A DNA stretch of 64,000 nt from Schmidtea polychroa (Eukaryota). Below are positions 36,830 to 49,866 of this stretch, piece after piece (the stretch's first letter is position 1; each line of letters opens with the position of its first letter). The position numbers and the translations under genes were made by a program. The stretch spans positions 29,948,001 to 30,012,000 of the forward strand of contig CM097885.1 in the NCBI GenBank assembly GCA_044892525.1, in the 5' to 3' direction. The notes below the pieces were generated by a model. That model saw nothing but the letters and a program-made list of their open reading frames with translations, was not told where the DNA came from and searched no databases.

Positions 36830-38960
36830 TATAGTGCTATAACTCATCATGATGCGTTATTGTACCACAATATCTTCAGAAATGGATCAATTAATGATCT
36901 TGATCAAAGGATCAATCAAATGCGTTTTGAAAATCAATTTCTAAAAATATATTGCAATATTAAAAATTTTATTTTAGACATAACAATGAGGAATCACAAA
37001 GAATATCGGAAATACACGTCATTGAAGACGGAGTCATCTCGGCCGGTGAGAATGGATACTTGGAACTTCACAAGTGGGATGTAAGTTGTTTTACTGAATA
37101 ATAATTTCTCATCCAATACTTGACAATATAAGGCCAATATCAATGATATTTTACATTGGTAATGAATATCAGTAAATTCGAAACTTTGCACAACTCTGTT
37201 AAAATACAAACCAAATAGTGACCCAGGCGTTAGATAAAAATGTAACCTGCAAAACCTTTCGGATATCTTAAACGGATCTTGTTATAAATATATTTCACTT
37301 GGTTTCCAGTTAACGTTATTTCCTACGACCCTCTCAATTTCCCTATATCCATATCATTTGATTCTTTCTTGAAATTATCACATTTTACCTGATCTCAACA
37401 AATATGAAAGTTTTATATATTTATAAGGCACACTAGATTTCGGTGGCCGGACAAAATATCATGGTATAAATGTTGTTGATAATATACCATTGCGACATGT
37501 TGAGTTTGATCAGTACTTTTGCGACCAATACCCAGTATATTTTGTCCGGTGACATTTTGTCCTAGAACTGATATTTCTTCACAGCATTTAGCAAGTATGT
37601 GTCATAAAAGTTGTTTCAAAATATCATGCACTTTATAAAATGTTTTGATCAAGTTTTACAAATATTAATATGAAAATTATTGAATTAAAAAGGTGAAACC
37701 AAAAATATGATAGTTTTCTTTTATGTATTTTAATTAATAAAACCTTTGATATATTTTATGAAAACAAAATATTTCATCTTATTATTATTAATCATAAAAT
37801 GTACGACCTTAATCTGACACCTTTACAGAACAATAAGGAAGCAATATCTTCAGGGACAACTGAAGATATCTTAGGTTTTCATCTAGTCAAGGGGAGGATC
37901 TTGTTATATACTGGATACAAAATCATTCTCACTGCTAGACCACAAGTAAGGAAACCCAATTGAGAAAGAAATGCAATTTACGACTAATCTAGAATAAATC
38001 ACCCGCGACAATAGTAAAGAGCTTCAAACCTCAGACAATCGTAAATTTCAATAGAAATGACGACAGGTTTGAAATAGCTCTACGAAACGGCGATATATGG
38101 AGTTATGATTTTCCTGAAGGCACTTTTGTGAAAGTTTTCACTTGGAACTTCCAATTGAAATCAATAATCTCAGTTACCAATCAATCGGTTGCACTTTCAT
38201 CGGTAAATTCTTTATTCTCTCTTTTATTTGAATATTTCCCATGTAGAAATCCAAGGTCTATCAATCAAATAATTACAAACATGTTAAGGAAATCAAATCC
38301 TTGGAAGGATGCCAACAAATTTATAGTGATAAATCTTATAAACAGTTTTTAGTAATTTATCCATCATCGATTTACTGGATTAATTGGAAGGTACTTTTTG
38401 TTTTATGTTGTTAGAGGGATTTCATGGTCAGGATCTTCGAATGATGTCATTTATGTAGCAGCCATTAAATGAGCATATTGTGGTAAAATGTACCAAAAGA
38501 CGACCACCAAAAGAATGATGACATATTCAAAGACCCTCGATGTTATTGAGATCATCATCACCTAATAACTATTATATATGAATAATAAATATTTTACATT
38601 TAGAACTGCAACATTGAACATGAAATACGAATAGCGGTTCCTCTGAAAAATTTATATTTTTATTCGTCTTCCTTTGTGACAGTCGACATAGAAAACTCTG
38701 TTACAATATTCAAGGTGAGATTAATTTATTAAATTTATTTATTGTTTCAATATAAAAATTAGAAGAAACCGAAGGGTTCCATAAGGGTGGTTGAGAAATT
38801 TGGAGCGGAAAATGACATAACAGCAATGTCAAACCTTTACTGTCAGAGGGTGAGACCATTTTGTTCAATTGGGGTATAATTTATTGCATTTTAGATTTAT
38901 TTGGCAATTAACAACCAGATTCAGCTGCTCAACCTCAAATTTAAGCTTTCCTCTGTTTAT
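36830..38960 (+). CDS. Spliced host exons, divergent beta-propeller/WD40-like protein
   Basis: Exons such as RISEIHVIEDGVISAGENGYLELHKWD|GT and RFEIALRNGDIWSYDFPEGTFVKVF, bounded by AG/GT. Limits approximate. Confidence 0.45.
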
Positions 38961-40025
38961 TAAATAAACTTTTTAAAATATTTGTAATTTTTTGGTGATA
39001 TTATAACAGTAAATCTTTCAGTTTTCACAATTGAATTTTCTTTTCCATTGACATTATATTTATGAAAAAGCTTAAAGACTATGGAATCAGTAAATATTAC
39101 GATGTTTTTTTGATATTCGCTAATTTTCAGCAATGCATTTTTTCAAGTGATTTTGATCATTATCTTTTGATTTAGGAAAAAGGTTTTAAATGTTTCTGAA
39201 AATAAAGTTAGTTATATACTGATCGTGTTTTTGATCAAGAGTTTTTGCGGTTAATTTTTGTAATGTAATGACATTTTATTAGCTCTAGTTTACTGGGAGA
39301 TATCAGGAAGTTCATCAATATCTTTCAATTAGATGAATTATTTCACGATTGCACAGAACATTCATGCTGAGAAAATAAAATAATAAGCTAAAAAAATTGC
39401 CATATATTTTTAAATAGTCACGAAACGTTATTTGTCCCTCACGGAGTTGTTGAGTTTACACGGTTGTTTTATGTTTTCCATGGAATTTTTATGTCATATT
39501 TAAAACACAGTTCCCACTAGAACGGTATATAAAATAAGTAGGTCATACAGTTTTCGATTTTCTTTTAAACTTATTGAAACAATAATTAAATTAAGCAAGC
39601 GACTTCTCGCCTGAAGGACAAAATCCAATTATTATCTGGATACTGTCAGAAATTGTTAGATCTTCATTATTATTGTGTTTTATTTATTCAATTTATTTAC
39701 TCTGACTCCACGTGTTCCGAAAATTAATAAACACAAACTCCCAACGTTGTTTGCTTATAGCAAATTTACAATTCTCAATAAATAATTACAACTTTTAGTT
39801 AGCCACGATTTTCTCACAATTTCCCATCGAACTCCGCTCTGGAAGGTCTCGAACTTGTACGATTTAAAAATAAGTTTCACCTTTTATTTGATTCCGCTCT
39901 CTGATAAACTCTTTTAATATTCCTTTTCTAAATCTTCAGTTCTTCTTATAATTCCTTTTTTTCTTCTTGATTTTATTCCTCAAAATTCTATTGTCCGTTT
40001 CTTCTTCCCTGCCTAAGGCTACCGC

Positions 40026-40309
40026 CAACGTTCCCTCTAAGCTGCGCGCGTGCGCGCGCGCAGCACCTCCAACTCCTCAGCGCAGCAAAATTATTTTCAA
40101 CGCAGTATTATTTTATTATGTGGTTCATTTTGAATATTTAAATATTTTCAATGTTAATAACCAGATGCATAATAACGGTATATTTCTGTAGTGTCGTTTT
40201 AAAACTCTTACAACGACGTTATAGCATTTTGACGCTCATTTGTATTTAAAAGCTGCTCAGCGCAGCTGACTTTGTGCGCACTGCTGCTTATGGCTTAGAG
40301 GGAACATTG
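40026..40309. mobile_element. hAT MITE, 284 bp
   Basis: TIR CAACGTTCCCTCTAAGC / GCTTAGAGGGAACATTG; perfect 8-bp TSD GCTACCGC (40018-40025 and 40310-40317). Confidence 0.93.
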
Positions 40310-40944
40310 GCTACCGCATATTATTTGAATTTAAAGTTTCCTTATATACTCCCATAATCGTTGTAATTGCCCCATTTTTGACCTAATTGGTTTTGACTTC
40401 CTTTAATTTTCATTTTCTAATTAGCTATTTCTGTTCACCCTCTTCGTAATTCCTTTTCTTTTGTTTATTTTCGTTTATCCGACTGTTTGGATAATTGGCC
40501 TCTGAATTCCCCGTTTGTTTATCCTTCCAAATTTCTGCGCTCAGATTCTCTTCATCACTTGGGTTCTATATTGACTCGGGCTTCCCGTTAGCTCAGGTTT
40601 CTCATTAGATAATTAATTAATTGATATTTTGCGTGTTTTCATATTTGTCCGTTTTACGACCCTTTCTAAACATTTTCTAACAATTTCTTGCTCACTGTCT
40701 TCTTCACCATCCCAAACTCTATCTTTCTCTGGTCTTTTCGCTTCAATTTCGATAACATTTCAGTTTATTGAACTTCCTCAGTTTTGCGCATTTCTCAATT
40801 TCGCGTTTGATTGTGCTCTTTTATAGTTTTGTTTTTACCATCTCTTTCTTTGCCATTACATCTCTTCTTGGCCGCCCCACAATTTCGATTTTCCTTTTTA
40901 TTCTGAACTATATATAATTTAATAATTTACTTTTAAAACTTCAA

Positions 40945-41578
40945 CAGATATATCGGTTTGGTAAACCAGACAGCATTCTTAAAGATAGAGGAAGAATTTT
41001 TGAAGGATCAATGTTTCGTGATAGGATGAAAGAATTTGGCATAAAACAAGAATTTAGTTTACCATACCAACATAAATCAAATGGTTTAGTTGAACGAATG
41101 ATAAGAACAGTTCGGGACATGCTGGCAACATCATTGACAAATAATAGAACAGAGAATAATTGGTGCAACATGGTACCAAAGATTGAATTTAGTTTGAATG
41201 CTACACTTAAAAAAAACTCGATAAATTTTCGGAAAAAAAACTCGAAAAATTGGTCGGAAGATTAATTTGTTTTTTAGATTAGGACATATACAAAAAAGTA
41301 GAGAAGAAACTGTAGATAAAACAAAAACAAATTTAGAGAAAGGATCGACAACAATGAAAAATAGAGATATAGACAAGCGAATATTCATAACGGGAGAGGA
41401 AGTATTTAATCCTTTGGAACCACATAGACAGAAGAATGAGAGAATTCAATATAAGGGACCTTACAAAATTTTAAAATTCTTATCACCAAGACAATTTCCA
41501 AACTCAATGAAATCAAGAAGAATTGAATGGCCGAATAGATGCAAAGAAAATAAAGAAGAGGAGGGTGATGTTCAATGA
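40945..41578 (+). pseudogene. Gypsy integrase fragment ending in a PPT and LTR start
   Basis: RFGKPDSILKDRGRIF, PYQHKSNGLVERMIRT, YKGPYKI; purine tract then TGTT near 41569. Confidence 0.85.
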
Positions 41579-41592
41579 TTAATGTTTATAAA

Positions 41593-43347
41593 AGTAGTAT
41601 GATGTGAGCTCCCTGCCGGATTTTAGTACCCCCCCCCAACTACTCAAAAATTATTCAGAAGTTAACAAATATTTTCATTTATCATTTCCTTTTATTTCAT
41701 TATTTTTATTTTATTAATTAATTATTATAATTTTAAATCTTTATTTTTTTGTTATTTGATTTATTTTAGTGTAAATTTAAATTAATAATTCTTATTTGTT
41801 ACTTATTTATGCAAACTGAGACAAAAATGTTCAAAGTATAAACATGTATTAGTCAAACTTATTATACATTTAATTCTAAAGAAAATCAATAAAAACCAAT
41901 ATTTTAGCAAAGATTTATTTAAACAACATCTGGTATATCTTGAGCTGATTCTTTGAATTGCGAGAATGATGGATCCGGGTCGAATTATTGAACTGCAAAT
42001 GAGTCACCTCCCATATAATGCCCATATGCATAACTTTTATTATTTACTGGATTTAAGGATAATATTTTTAAAGATCACATCGATAACAATACCCAACTTA
42101 GGGCGGAATCGAGTAATGCCTTGGATAAAAATTATTATAAGTTATTAAATAATAGTCTTTACGACAAAACCGTAGAAAATCTGAAAAAAACGTCTGAATT
42201 TGCGGCATTGTAATTTGGCTTCTAGGTTAATTACATATACATCTAAACCAACGTTTAAAATAACTTATGAAATTGACAATGACTTAGTATCATTCTTGCT
42301 AAATGAGGAAGCTATTTGTTTAGATAGACTCAGTTACATTGGTCAAACTGTACTGGATTTATCGAAACTTAGAATGTATCAGCTGCAGTATGAAGAGTTA
42401 CAAAAATATCGTAACGAATTCAACTGTAAAATTAATATCGTTGCAGGCGATACGGATTCAATTTTTCTTGAAGTAATTAATTTTAAACTTGATGTTCTTT
42501 TACCAGCCATGATCCTTGATAATTTACTAGAAACATCTAATTACGAACCTAGTATTCCTTTATATAGTAGGAACTTTGATTCTGTCATTGGAAAGTTCAA
42601 AGACGAGAATAAAAGTCTTAAATATAAGGAGTGGATTTTCCTGAGGCCAAAGTGTTTTAGTTTGTTAAATGATGACGAGACTAAAAAAGCTAAAGGAGTA
42701 ACATTGAAAAGTAATGACATAAAACATCAGTCGTACCAGGATTGTTATAACATTAATCATATTTTTTCTATACCGTAAACTAAAATAACTACCAAAGATC
42801 ACCAGCTATTCACCATAAAATAATGAAATAACTGCATTTATCGACGCAGATGATAAAAGGGTTTGGGTAAGGAAAAATAAAAGTTATGCATATGGGCATT
42901 ATATGGGAGGTGACTCATTTGCTATTCAATAATTCGATATTGATCCATCATTCTCGCAATTCAAGGAATCAGCTGAAGATATACCAGATGTTATTTAAAT
43001 AAATCTTTGCTAAAATATTGGTTTTTATTGATTTTCTTTAGAATTAAATGTATAATAAGTTTGACTAATACATGTTTATACTTTGAACATTTTTGTCTCA
43101 GTTTGTATAAATACGTAAAGAAAAGAATATTTAGAATAACAGATAAAAATTATTAATTTAAATTTACACAAAAATAAATTAAATAACAAAAGAAATAAAG
43201 AAATTAAATTATAATAATTAATTAATTAAATAAAAATAATGAAATAAAAAGAAATGATAAATGAAAATATTTGTTAACTTCTGATTAATTACTAAGTAGT
43301 AAAGGGGGGGATACTGAAATTCGGTAGGGAGCGTACATCATACTACT
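41593..43347 (+). mobile_element. 1755-bp mini-Polinton with ~450-bp inverted arms and a PolB 3' fragment
   Basis: AGTAGTATGATGT ... ACATCATACTACT; flanks TATAAA / TATCAA (5 of 6 match); arms ~41593-42041 and ~42876-43347. Confidence 0.9.
42046..42998 (+). pseudogene. polB: C-terminal pPolB fragment
   Basis: YKLLNNSLYDKTVEN, YIGQTVLDLSKLRMY, VAGDTDS, FLRPKCFS; closely related to 27608-28708. Confidence 0.92.
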
Positions 43348-43499
43348 TATCAATTCTAGTTGTTTTAATAATAGAAAGGACACTTTAGATTATTTAAATA
43401 TATAAATATATTTTATTTGTTAATTGTTACTTATTATTATGATTTGTATAGAAATTATAACTATAATAAATTATAACAGTTAGATATCTTTTTTTTAAT

Positions 43500-44100
43500 A
43501 ATTGGAGTTGGCGATATGATGGGCGAGTTTAAAAAAAGCTGAAGAAAGGATCAAGGATATAGAAGAATGGTTGCTGACAAATGGACAGCGATTGACAAGC
43601 ACTTTCAATGTCTTAATAATGGCAGAAGCAAAGATATTGTGGGGAAACGCTCGAAAAACAGAAACAACAGATTTGAAAGCCAAAGCGTGGTTATTACATA
43701 CGTTCACAATTACAAAATCAATAACTGACAAAATCAGAGAATTGGCAGCTATGGAACAGGAAGAAGATGAAAGGTTTGCAGCTTTTGAGATATGGCTAAG
43801 GAAAGTTTTAGTTGAAGTTGTAAATTCAAGACGATCAGTAGAAGATATTGTTCAAGACCTCATCGCAAATAAAGCATCCGATGCGAGACTGCGAGAGATA
43901 CTAATAACGAAACCAGAAACAAAAATTTAAGAAACGAGATCATTGGCGAAAAATTTTGAAAGTAACATAAATGGAAACAATAAAACGGAATTTATTAAAG
44001 CAATCAGTCAAAGAACATATACTAGCGTAACTGAGGGAGGGCAGATGAGAATTCAAAAGAATACCCAAGATACCATGCCTACATCACCACTAAGAAGACT
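43500..44100 (+). pseudogene. Gag-like relic of an LTR retrotransposon
   Basis: YDG..KAEERIKDIEEW and MEQEEDERFAAF..LR, lying downstream of the interrupted LTR. Confidence 0.5.
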
Positions 44101-44770
44101 ATCAGAAAATTCATTTAGTCACCACAGATCAAATATACTTTATTCGTTTATTGGTATTTCTTATTATGATTCGTGAAAAAATTGTAGCTATAATAAACTA
44201 TTACATTTCTATTTTATATACAGGTCCTAGTTTATTGTGTGTAGGCAAATGTAAATTTGCAGTTGCAAAAGTAATAAATGCAAAAACTTTTAAATTAAAA
44301 TTATTTATTTTTTTAAAAAGTTGAAGAATTTCAGATTCAAGTACCTTTACTTTAAATAAATAGAAACTTTTAAAAATTTTAATAAAATTGGATTAAAAAT
44401 TTTAGGTTTCACTAGGGATATAAATTGTCAGATGCGGAATTATTTATATTTCAAGTTTACTTAAATGAACTGATAATTTCACCGTAAAGCTTAAAATTCA
44501 ACTTTGTTTAAATATTCACAATTTTTTGATAATAAATTGTTATTTGAAATTCAATGTCATACAGACAATTTGACAAGTGATCATATTTTAAATTTATTCA
44601 GATTAATTATTTAATATTTAGGTATTACGAGGTTATTTATAAAGAAATTGTTAATGTATTTAGTATAACTAATTATTTCTTATTTAGAATAGTTTACGTC
44701 AAAATGATAATAACAATAACAGGGGTAGTTTTAACTTATTAACAAATTGTAAATTAAATTTCAATGTTAG

Positions 44771-46017
44771 GCTTAGATCGTAAAATGCCTTTAATTCCAA
44801 ATCAATATGATCCGAGGAGATATATAGAACCTACTAATGAATATAATAGAATGAACTATTCAGAAATGAGAATGCAAAGCGTAATAAATATATTTTTAAC
44901 GGGTTTTTTCAAATTTAATGTAGTTAGATTATTATAATATTTCAAACCAAAGATATAATAGTAATATTTATAACGAAATACGAATAAATGTAAATAATCA
45001 TAACCCAAATCCTCCCAAACCATTTCATGAATATAATCCGCCCGTTCCAATGAATATTGCTCAGCCAATGACAGGAAATCGATATTATAACAGCAACAAA
45101 GCCCCAGAAGCTCCCAAATCAATCGGATACAAACCAGCTCATCGATCCAAACTATTTAATGCAAATGAAAGAACAAATGTGTTAGCAAAGGAGAGAATGT
45201 CACAATTATTACCAAAGGCAAACACAAACAAAGATGAATCAAACCCGCCAGAAAAGAAATTGAAAGTCAATCACGATTCAACAAGCAATGCCGCCTCCCG
45301 ATTGGGCGAGGGATTATCGAGGGAAAATCGACAGTTAAAAGAGTTTGAAAGCCTCGGTAAGGAATCGGCAGAAATGGAGAGAGAATTGAACGGGCTATTA
45401 GCGGATTATCGGCAGCAGAAGGAGGAATCGCTGAGGAAGCTCGATGCGTACCGAGAGCTGAAACGCAAGCATGAATCACTGCTGGAACGCATGAAAACGA
45501 TTGGCAAAGGTAGGAGAAATGGATGGCTATGAATGATTGGATAAATTGTTATTTGGGCGCTTGCATTAAGGTACCGAGAGGGGGCAGGAGCAGGGGGAGC
45601 ATTCCACGCCTGATTTGCCAATTGCCGCTGCTCAGGTGGACTCGATTGACGGGTAAATGTTTTGATTGGTTGGTTTTGATTGGCTGGTTTTGATTGGCTG
45701 GTTTAGGAGTGTCGGATTGGGCGGGGTAAGGGGCAGCAGGATGGCGGTGGCCAGGATTTGCCAACGCCTTTCTCAATCAGCACCAGCATTGAGTGAGAGC
45801 AATGCAGATACCAACTGCTCCCATGCCCAGGTTATCGGATTGCCACAGGGCAAGGCGGCCATAGCAGATCAGCGAGCCCAGGCTGTCAATGGCAACACCA
45901 CCAAGTCCAGTCAGGTCCACAGTGCACCAATGAATATCAAAGAGTCAACACAAATCAATGAGCACAGCAGTGGTCCGATTGCAATAGCAAAACCTGAGCC
46001 TAAAGTCAATATTAAAA
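44771..46017 (+). CDS. Spliced host exons, N/P-rich and coiled-coil; possibly the 5' part of the ZNF106-like gene
   Basis: Exons MPLIPNQYDPRR.. and LDYYNISN..RMKTIGK joined by short GT-AG introns (~44881-44923, ~45510-45570, ~45653-45706). Confidence 0.6.
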
Positions 46018-47000
46018 GTAATTTGTGATCTTATTTCCTCGTGTCAATTAATAATTCAATCAATGACGGAAAATATTATTAAAGGGGGAAAATTGCGTCC
46101 TCATTATTATATGTTCAATCCCTCTATGTTAGCAACTCCCCTGATACTTATATTGATCATTACATAACTGAGTGAATGATTCTTGATATCGTTACGTAAT
46201 AGGGCATTCCTTAGAAATTGTTATTAATACTTATAACAAATGATGGACAAATATTTCTATTCAAATTAGTCAACATCAAAAGGCCATATTACGCAATAGG
46301 AGCCTTTACATACTCACTCACATACCCGGATAATTAAATTTCATTTATTTTTGATTATTTTTTATTTTATTAATTATTTTTATAATCAGTATTTATTAAT
46401 AATATTTGTTATCCACAGAAATAAAATTAATTGCCTATTTTATATTATAATTGCAATAATATATAGATCGATAAAAATGGTATTGATTATTGACAATTTT
46501 TAATATTGTTAGTTAATACTTATTAATTTTTATTAATTTTTTAAAATTACCTTAATTATATTATTTTATTATTAATATTCACTGAAGTCAATTCATTATT
46601 TATAATTGCTATTCATATTCTAACTGCAATAATATATAGATCGGTATCCATTGATAAATATTGATAATTAAATTTCAATTATATAGTTCATTTATTTTTG
46701 ATTATTTTTTATTAATTATTAATTATTTTTATTATCATTATTTATTAGTAATATTTGTTATCCACAGAAATAAAATTAATTGCCTATTTTATATTATAAT
46801 TGCAATAATATATAGATCAGGGGTGGCAAAACTTTCAAGTCTTGCGGGCGACTTTTAACTAAATTAAATCTGACGGATTACCAGAAAAACTATTTTCAAT
46901 TGTTACCTGTAGTTATTCTATTTATTCTATTTAAATACAAAACGAATTAGAAAAAAACTTATAATACTTTACTAGAACGTAAACATATCTTAATATAATA

Positions 47001-49840
47001 TTATTTACTGCTACTACTTGCACCTGATACGTGGCACTGCATCTTATCAGCAAGTTCTTCGTATTTCGGGCAATAGGAGCTTATGGCGATCCGCAAGCAT
47101 GATTCCAAATGATCATCTGTCAAACAAGATCGATGTTTTGTTTTAATGACATTCATTGAAGAAAAGGCTGATTCACAAAGATAGGTGGATCCAAAAAATG
47201 CGGACATATATCCAACTACTCTCCGCAAAATTGGATATTTTTCTTCTGAAATAAGATTCCAAAAATTATCTTCGGTTGTAGCTCTTGATTTTAAGTAAAT
47301 GTCGCTTTTCAACGCTATTATCTCATCTTCTAAGCAAGCTGAATCTGAATCCAGAAATTCATTAATCTGAGTAGCGATCTCCTCTGTATCAATAACATCA
47401 TTAAACGGGAATGACATGAACATAGCAATATTTGCAATTTTAGATAAATCTGCGAAACGTGTGTTAAATTCATTTAAAAGGGTAGTAATTTGATTTGTAT
47501 ATTTATCGTAAAGAATTCCTGGCGCATTTTTGGATTCTTCTTCCATGTTTTTAAAATGTTTCAAATCACCCCGTTCTAGTTGACGCACAAACAAGGACAG
47601 TTTCTCTTTAAACGTCTTTACTGCCGTTATCATGTCAAGAATTGATTTGTGTCTCCCCTGAAGCTGTAAATTTAATTTATTCAGGTGCTCTGTAAAGCAA
47701 GATTTATCAGCCAACTTTTATCCTCCAGTTCGGGATATAATTCTTCTCTTCCAGTCAAAAACTGTTTTATTCCGGGCAAAAGATCTCTAAATCGTTTTAA
47801 AAATGCTGCACGGCTAAGCCATCTTACATCCGTGTGTAACAATAATTCAGTATTTTCAATTTCACATTGTTCAAGCAAAGTTCGAAATTGACGTCGTTGT
47901 AGACTTCTTGCACGTATCGAATTTAGTATTTTAAACGCAATATTCATTACATAGTTAGAGTTCAACACTTTGGAGCATAAGGTTTGCTGGTGGATAATGC
48001 AATGATACGAATGAAAACTGGGAATTTCTTCATCATTTTTGCAAAGTGTTACAAATCCGACATGTTTTCCGATCATAGACGGAGCTCCATCCGTGGTAAT
48101 TGATACCAACTTGTGAATCGGGAAATGGGTGCGACTTATAAAAGACTTGAATAAATTGTAAATATCTTGACCCCTTGTTTGTCCTTTCATTGGAAGAATA
48201 GTCTGTATTCTTCTCTGGTTGACATATCATCAAAAACCATTCGAATGAAGATGCATAGTTGCGCAGTATCAGTGAAATCTGTAGATTCATCAAATATCTT
48301 GCCGCAAAATATCTTCCAAGTTTTTGCTAATGTCCACCATTCTTTGCGTGCTAGTATTGCGCGTCAATGACATATTGTTGATACAATCCATTATTTCGGA
48401 TTTATTTTTAAAATCTTTGAATAACACCTCACCAGCTTCAACAAACGCCTGTTTCCATATTTCGCCATCTCCAAAAGGTTTTTTATGTTTCATCAAAATA
48501 TTAACTACCTTGAATGATGCTAGGGTAGCTGTTTTTGATTTTGAGTTAAATTTCGTAAAAAAAGTTTGTTGTGCGCCTAATTGAGACTTTAACTGCTTGA
48601 CTTTGTCTTTTCGTACCTCGGAATGTAATGGAATGTCAATTTCATACTGTTTGTGCACTGTTCGAAAATGTCGTTCAACGTTAGCTCTTTTAGGTAGTGC
48701 TACGTTTGAATTACAAATGAGATAAACACACTTATCTTTCATCATTATGAAAAAAAATTCCTGTTCCCATTCAGTATTATAATGGTACGTTTTAGTTTTT
48801 TTGGCCGGTTGTGTCATTGGGGCTAAAACAAGAAAATAATAAAATCTTACATCCGTGTGTAACAATAATTCAGTATTTTCAATTTCACATTGTTCAAGCA
48901 AAGTTCGAAATTGACGTCGTTGTAGACTTCTTGCACGTATCGAATTTAGTATTTTAAACGCAATATTCATTACATAGTTAGAGTTCAACACTTTGGAGCA
49001 TAAGGTTTGCTGGTGGATAATGCAATGATACGAATGAAAACTGGGAATTTCTTCATCATTTTTGCAAAGTGTTACAAATCCGACATGTTTTCCGATCATA
49101 GACGGAGCTCCATCCGTGGTAATTGATACCAACTTGTGAATCGGGAAATGGGTGCGACTTATAAAAGACTTGAATAAATTGTAAATATCTTGACCCCTTG
49201 TTTGTCCTTTCATTGGAAGAATAGTCTGTATTCTTCTCTGGTTGACATATCATCAAAAACCATTCGAATGAAGATGCATAGTTGCGCAGTATCAGTGAAA
49301 TCTGTAGATTCATCAAATATCTTGCCGCAAAATATCTTCCAAGTTTTTGCTAATGTCCACCATTCTTTGCGTGCTAGTATTGCGCGTCAATGACATATTG
49401 TTGATACAATCCATTATTTCGGATTTATTTTTAAAATCTTTGAATAACACCTCACCAGCTTCAACAAACGCCTGTTTCCATATTTCGCCATCTCCAAAAG
49501 GTTTTTTATGTTTCATCAAAATATTAACTACCTTGAATGATGCTAGGGTAGCTGTTTTTGATTTTGAGTTAAATTTCGTAAAAAAAGTTTGTTGTGCGCC
49601 TAATTGAGACTTTAACTGCTTGACTTTGTCTTTTCGTACCTCGGAATGTAATGGAATGTCAATTTCATACTGTTTGTGCACTGTTCGAAAATGTCGTTCA
49701 ACGTTAGCTCTTTTAGGTAGTGCTACGTTTGAATTACAAATGAGATAAACACACTTATCTTTCATCATTATGAAAAAAAATTCCTGTTCCCATTCAGTAT
49801 TATAATGGTACGTTTTAGTTTTTTTGGCCGGTTGTGTCAT
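47001..49840 (-). pseudogene. hAT transposase, frameshifted and internally duplicated
   Basis: BED-like LIC..RHFRTVH, DESTD, TTDGAPSM, HCIIHQ, VRWLS, STYLCESAFS. Confidence 0.93.
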
Positions 49841-49866
49841 TGGGGCTAAAACAAGAAAATAATAAA
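47821..49866. repeat. 1023-bp direct tandem duplication inside the hAT element
   Basis: 47821-48843 matches 48844-49866; identical ORFs are offset by 1023. Confidence 0.95.
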
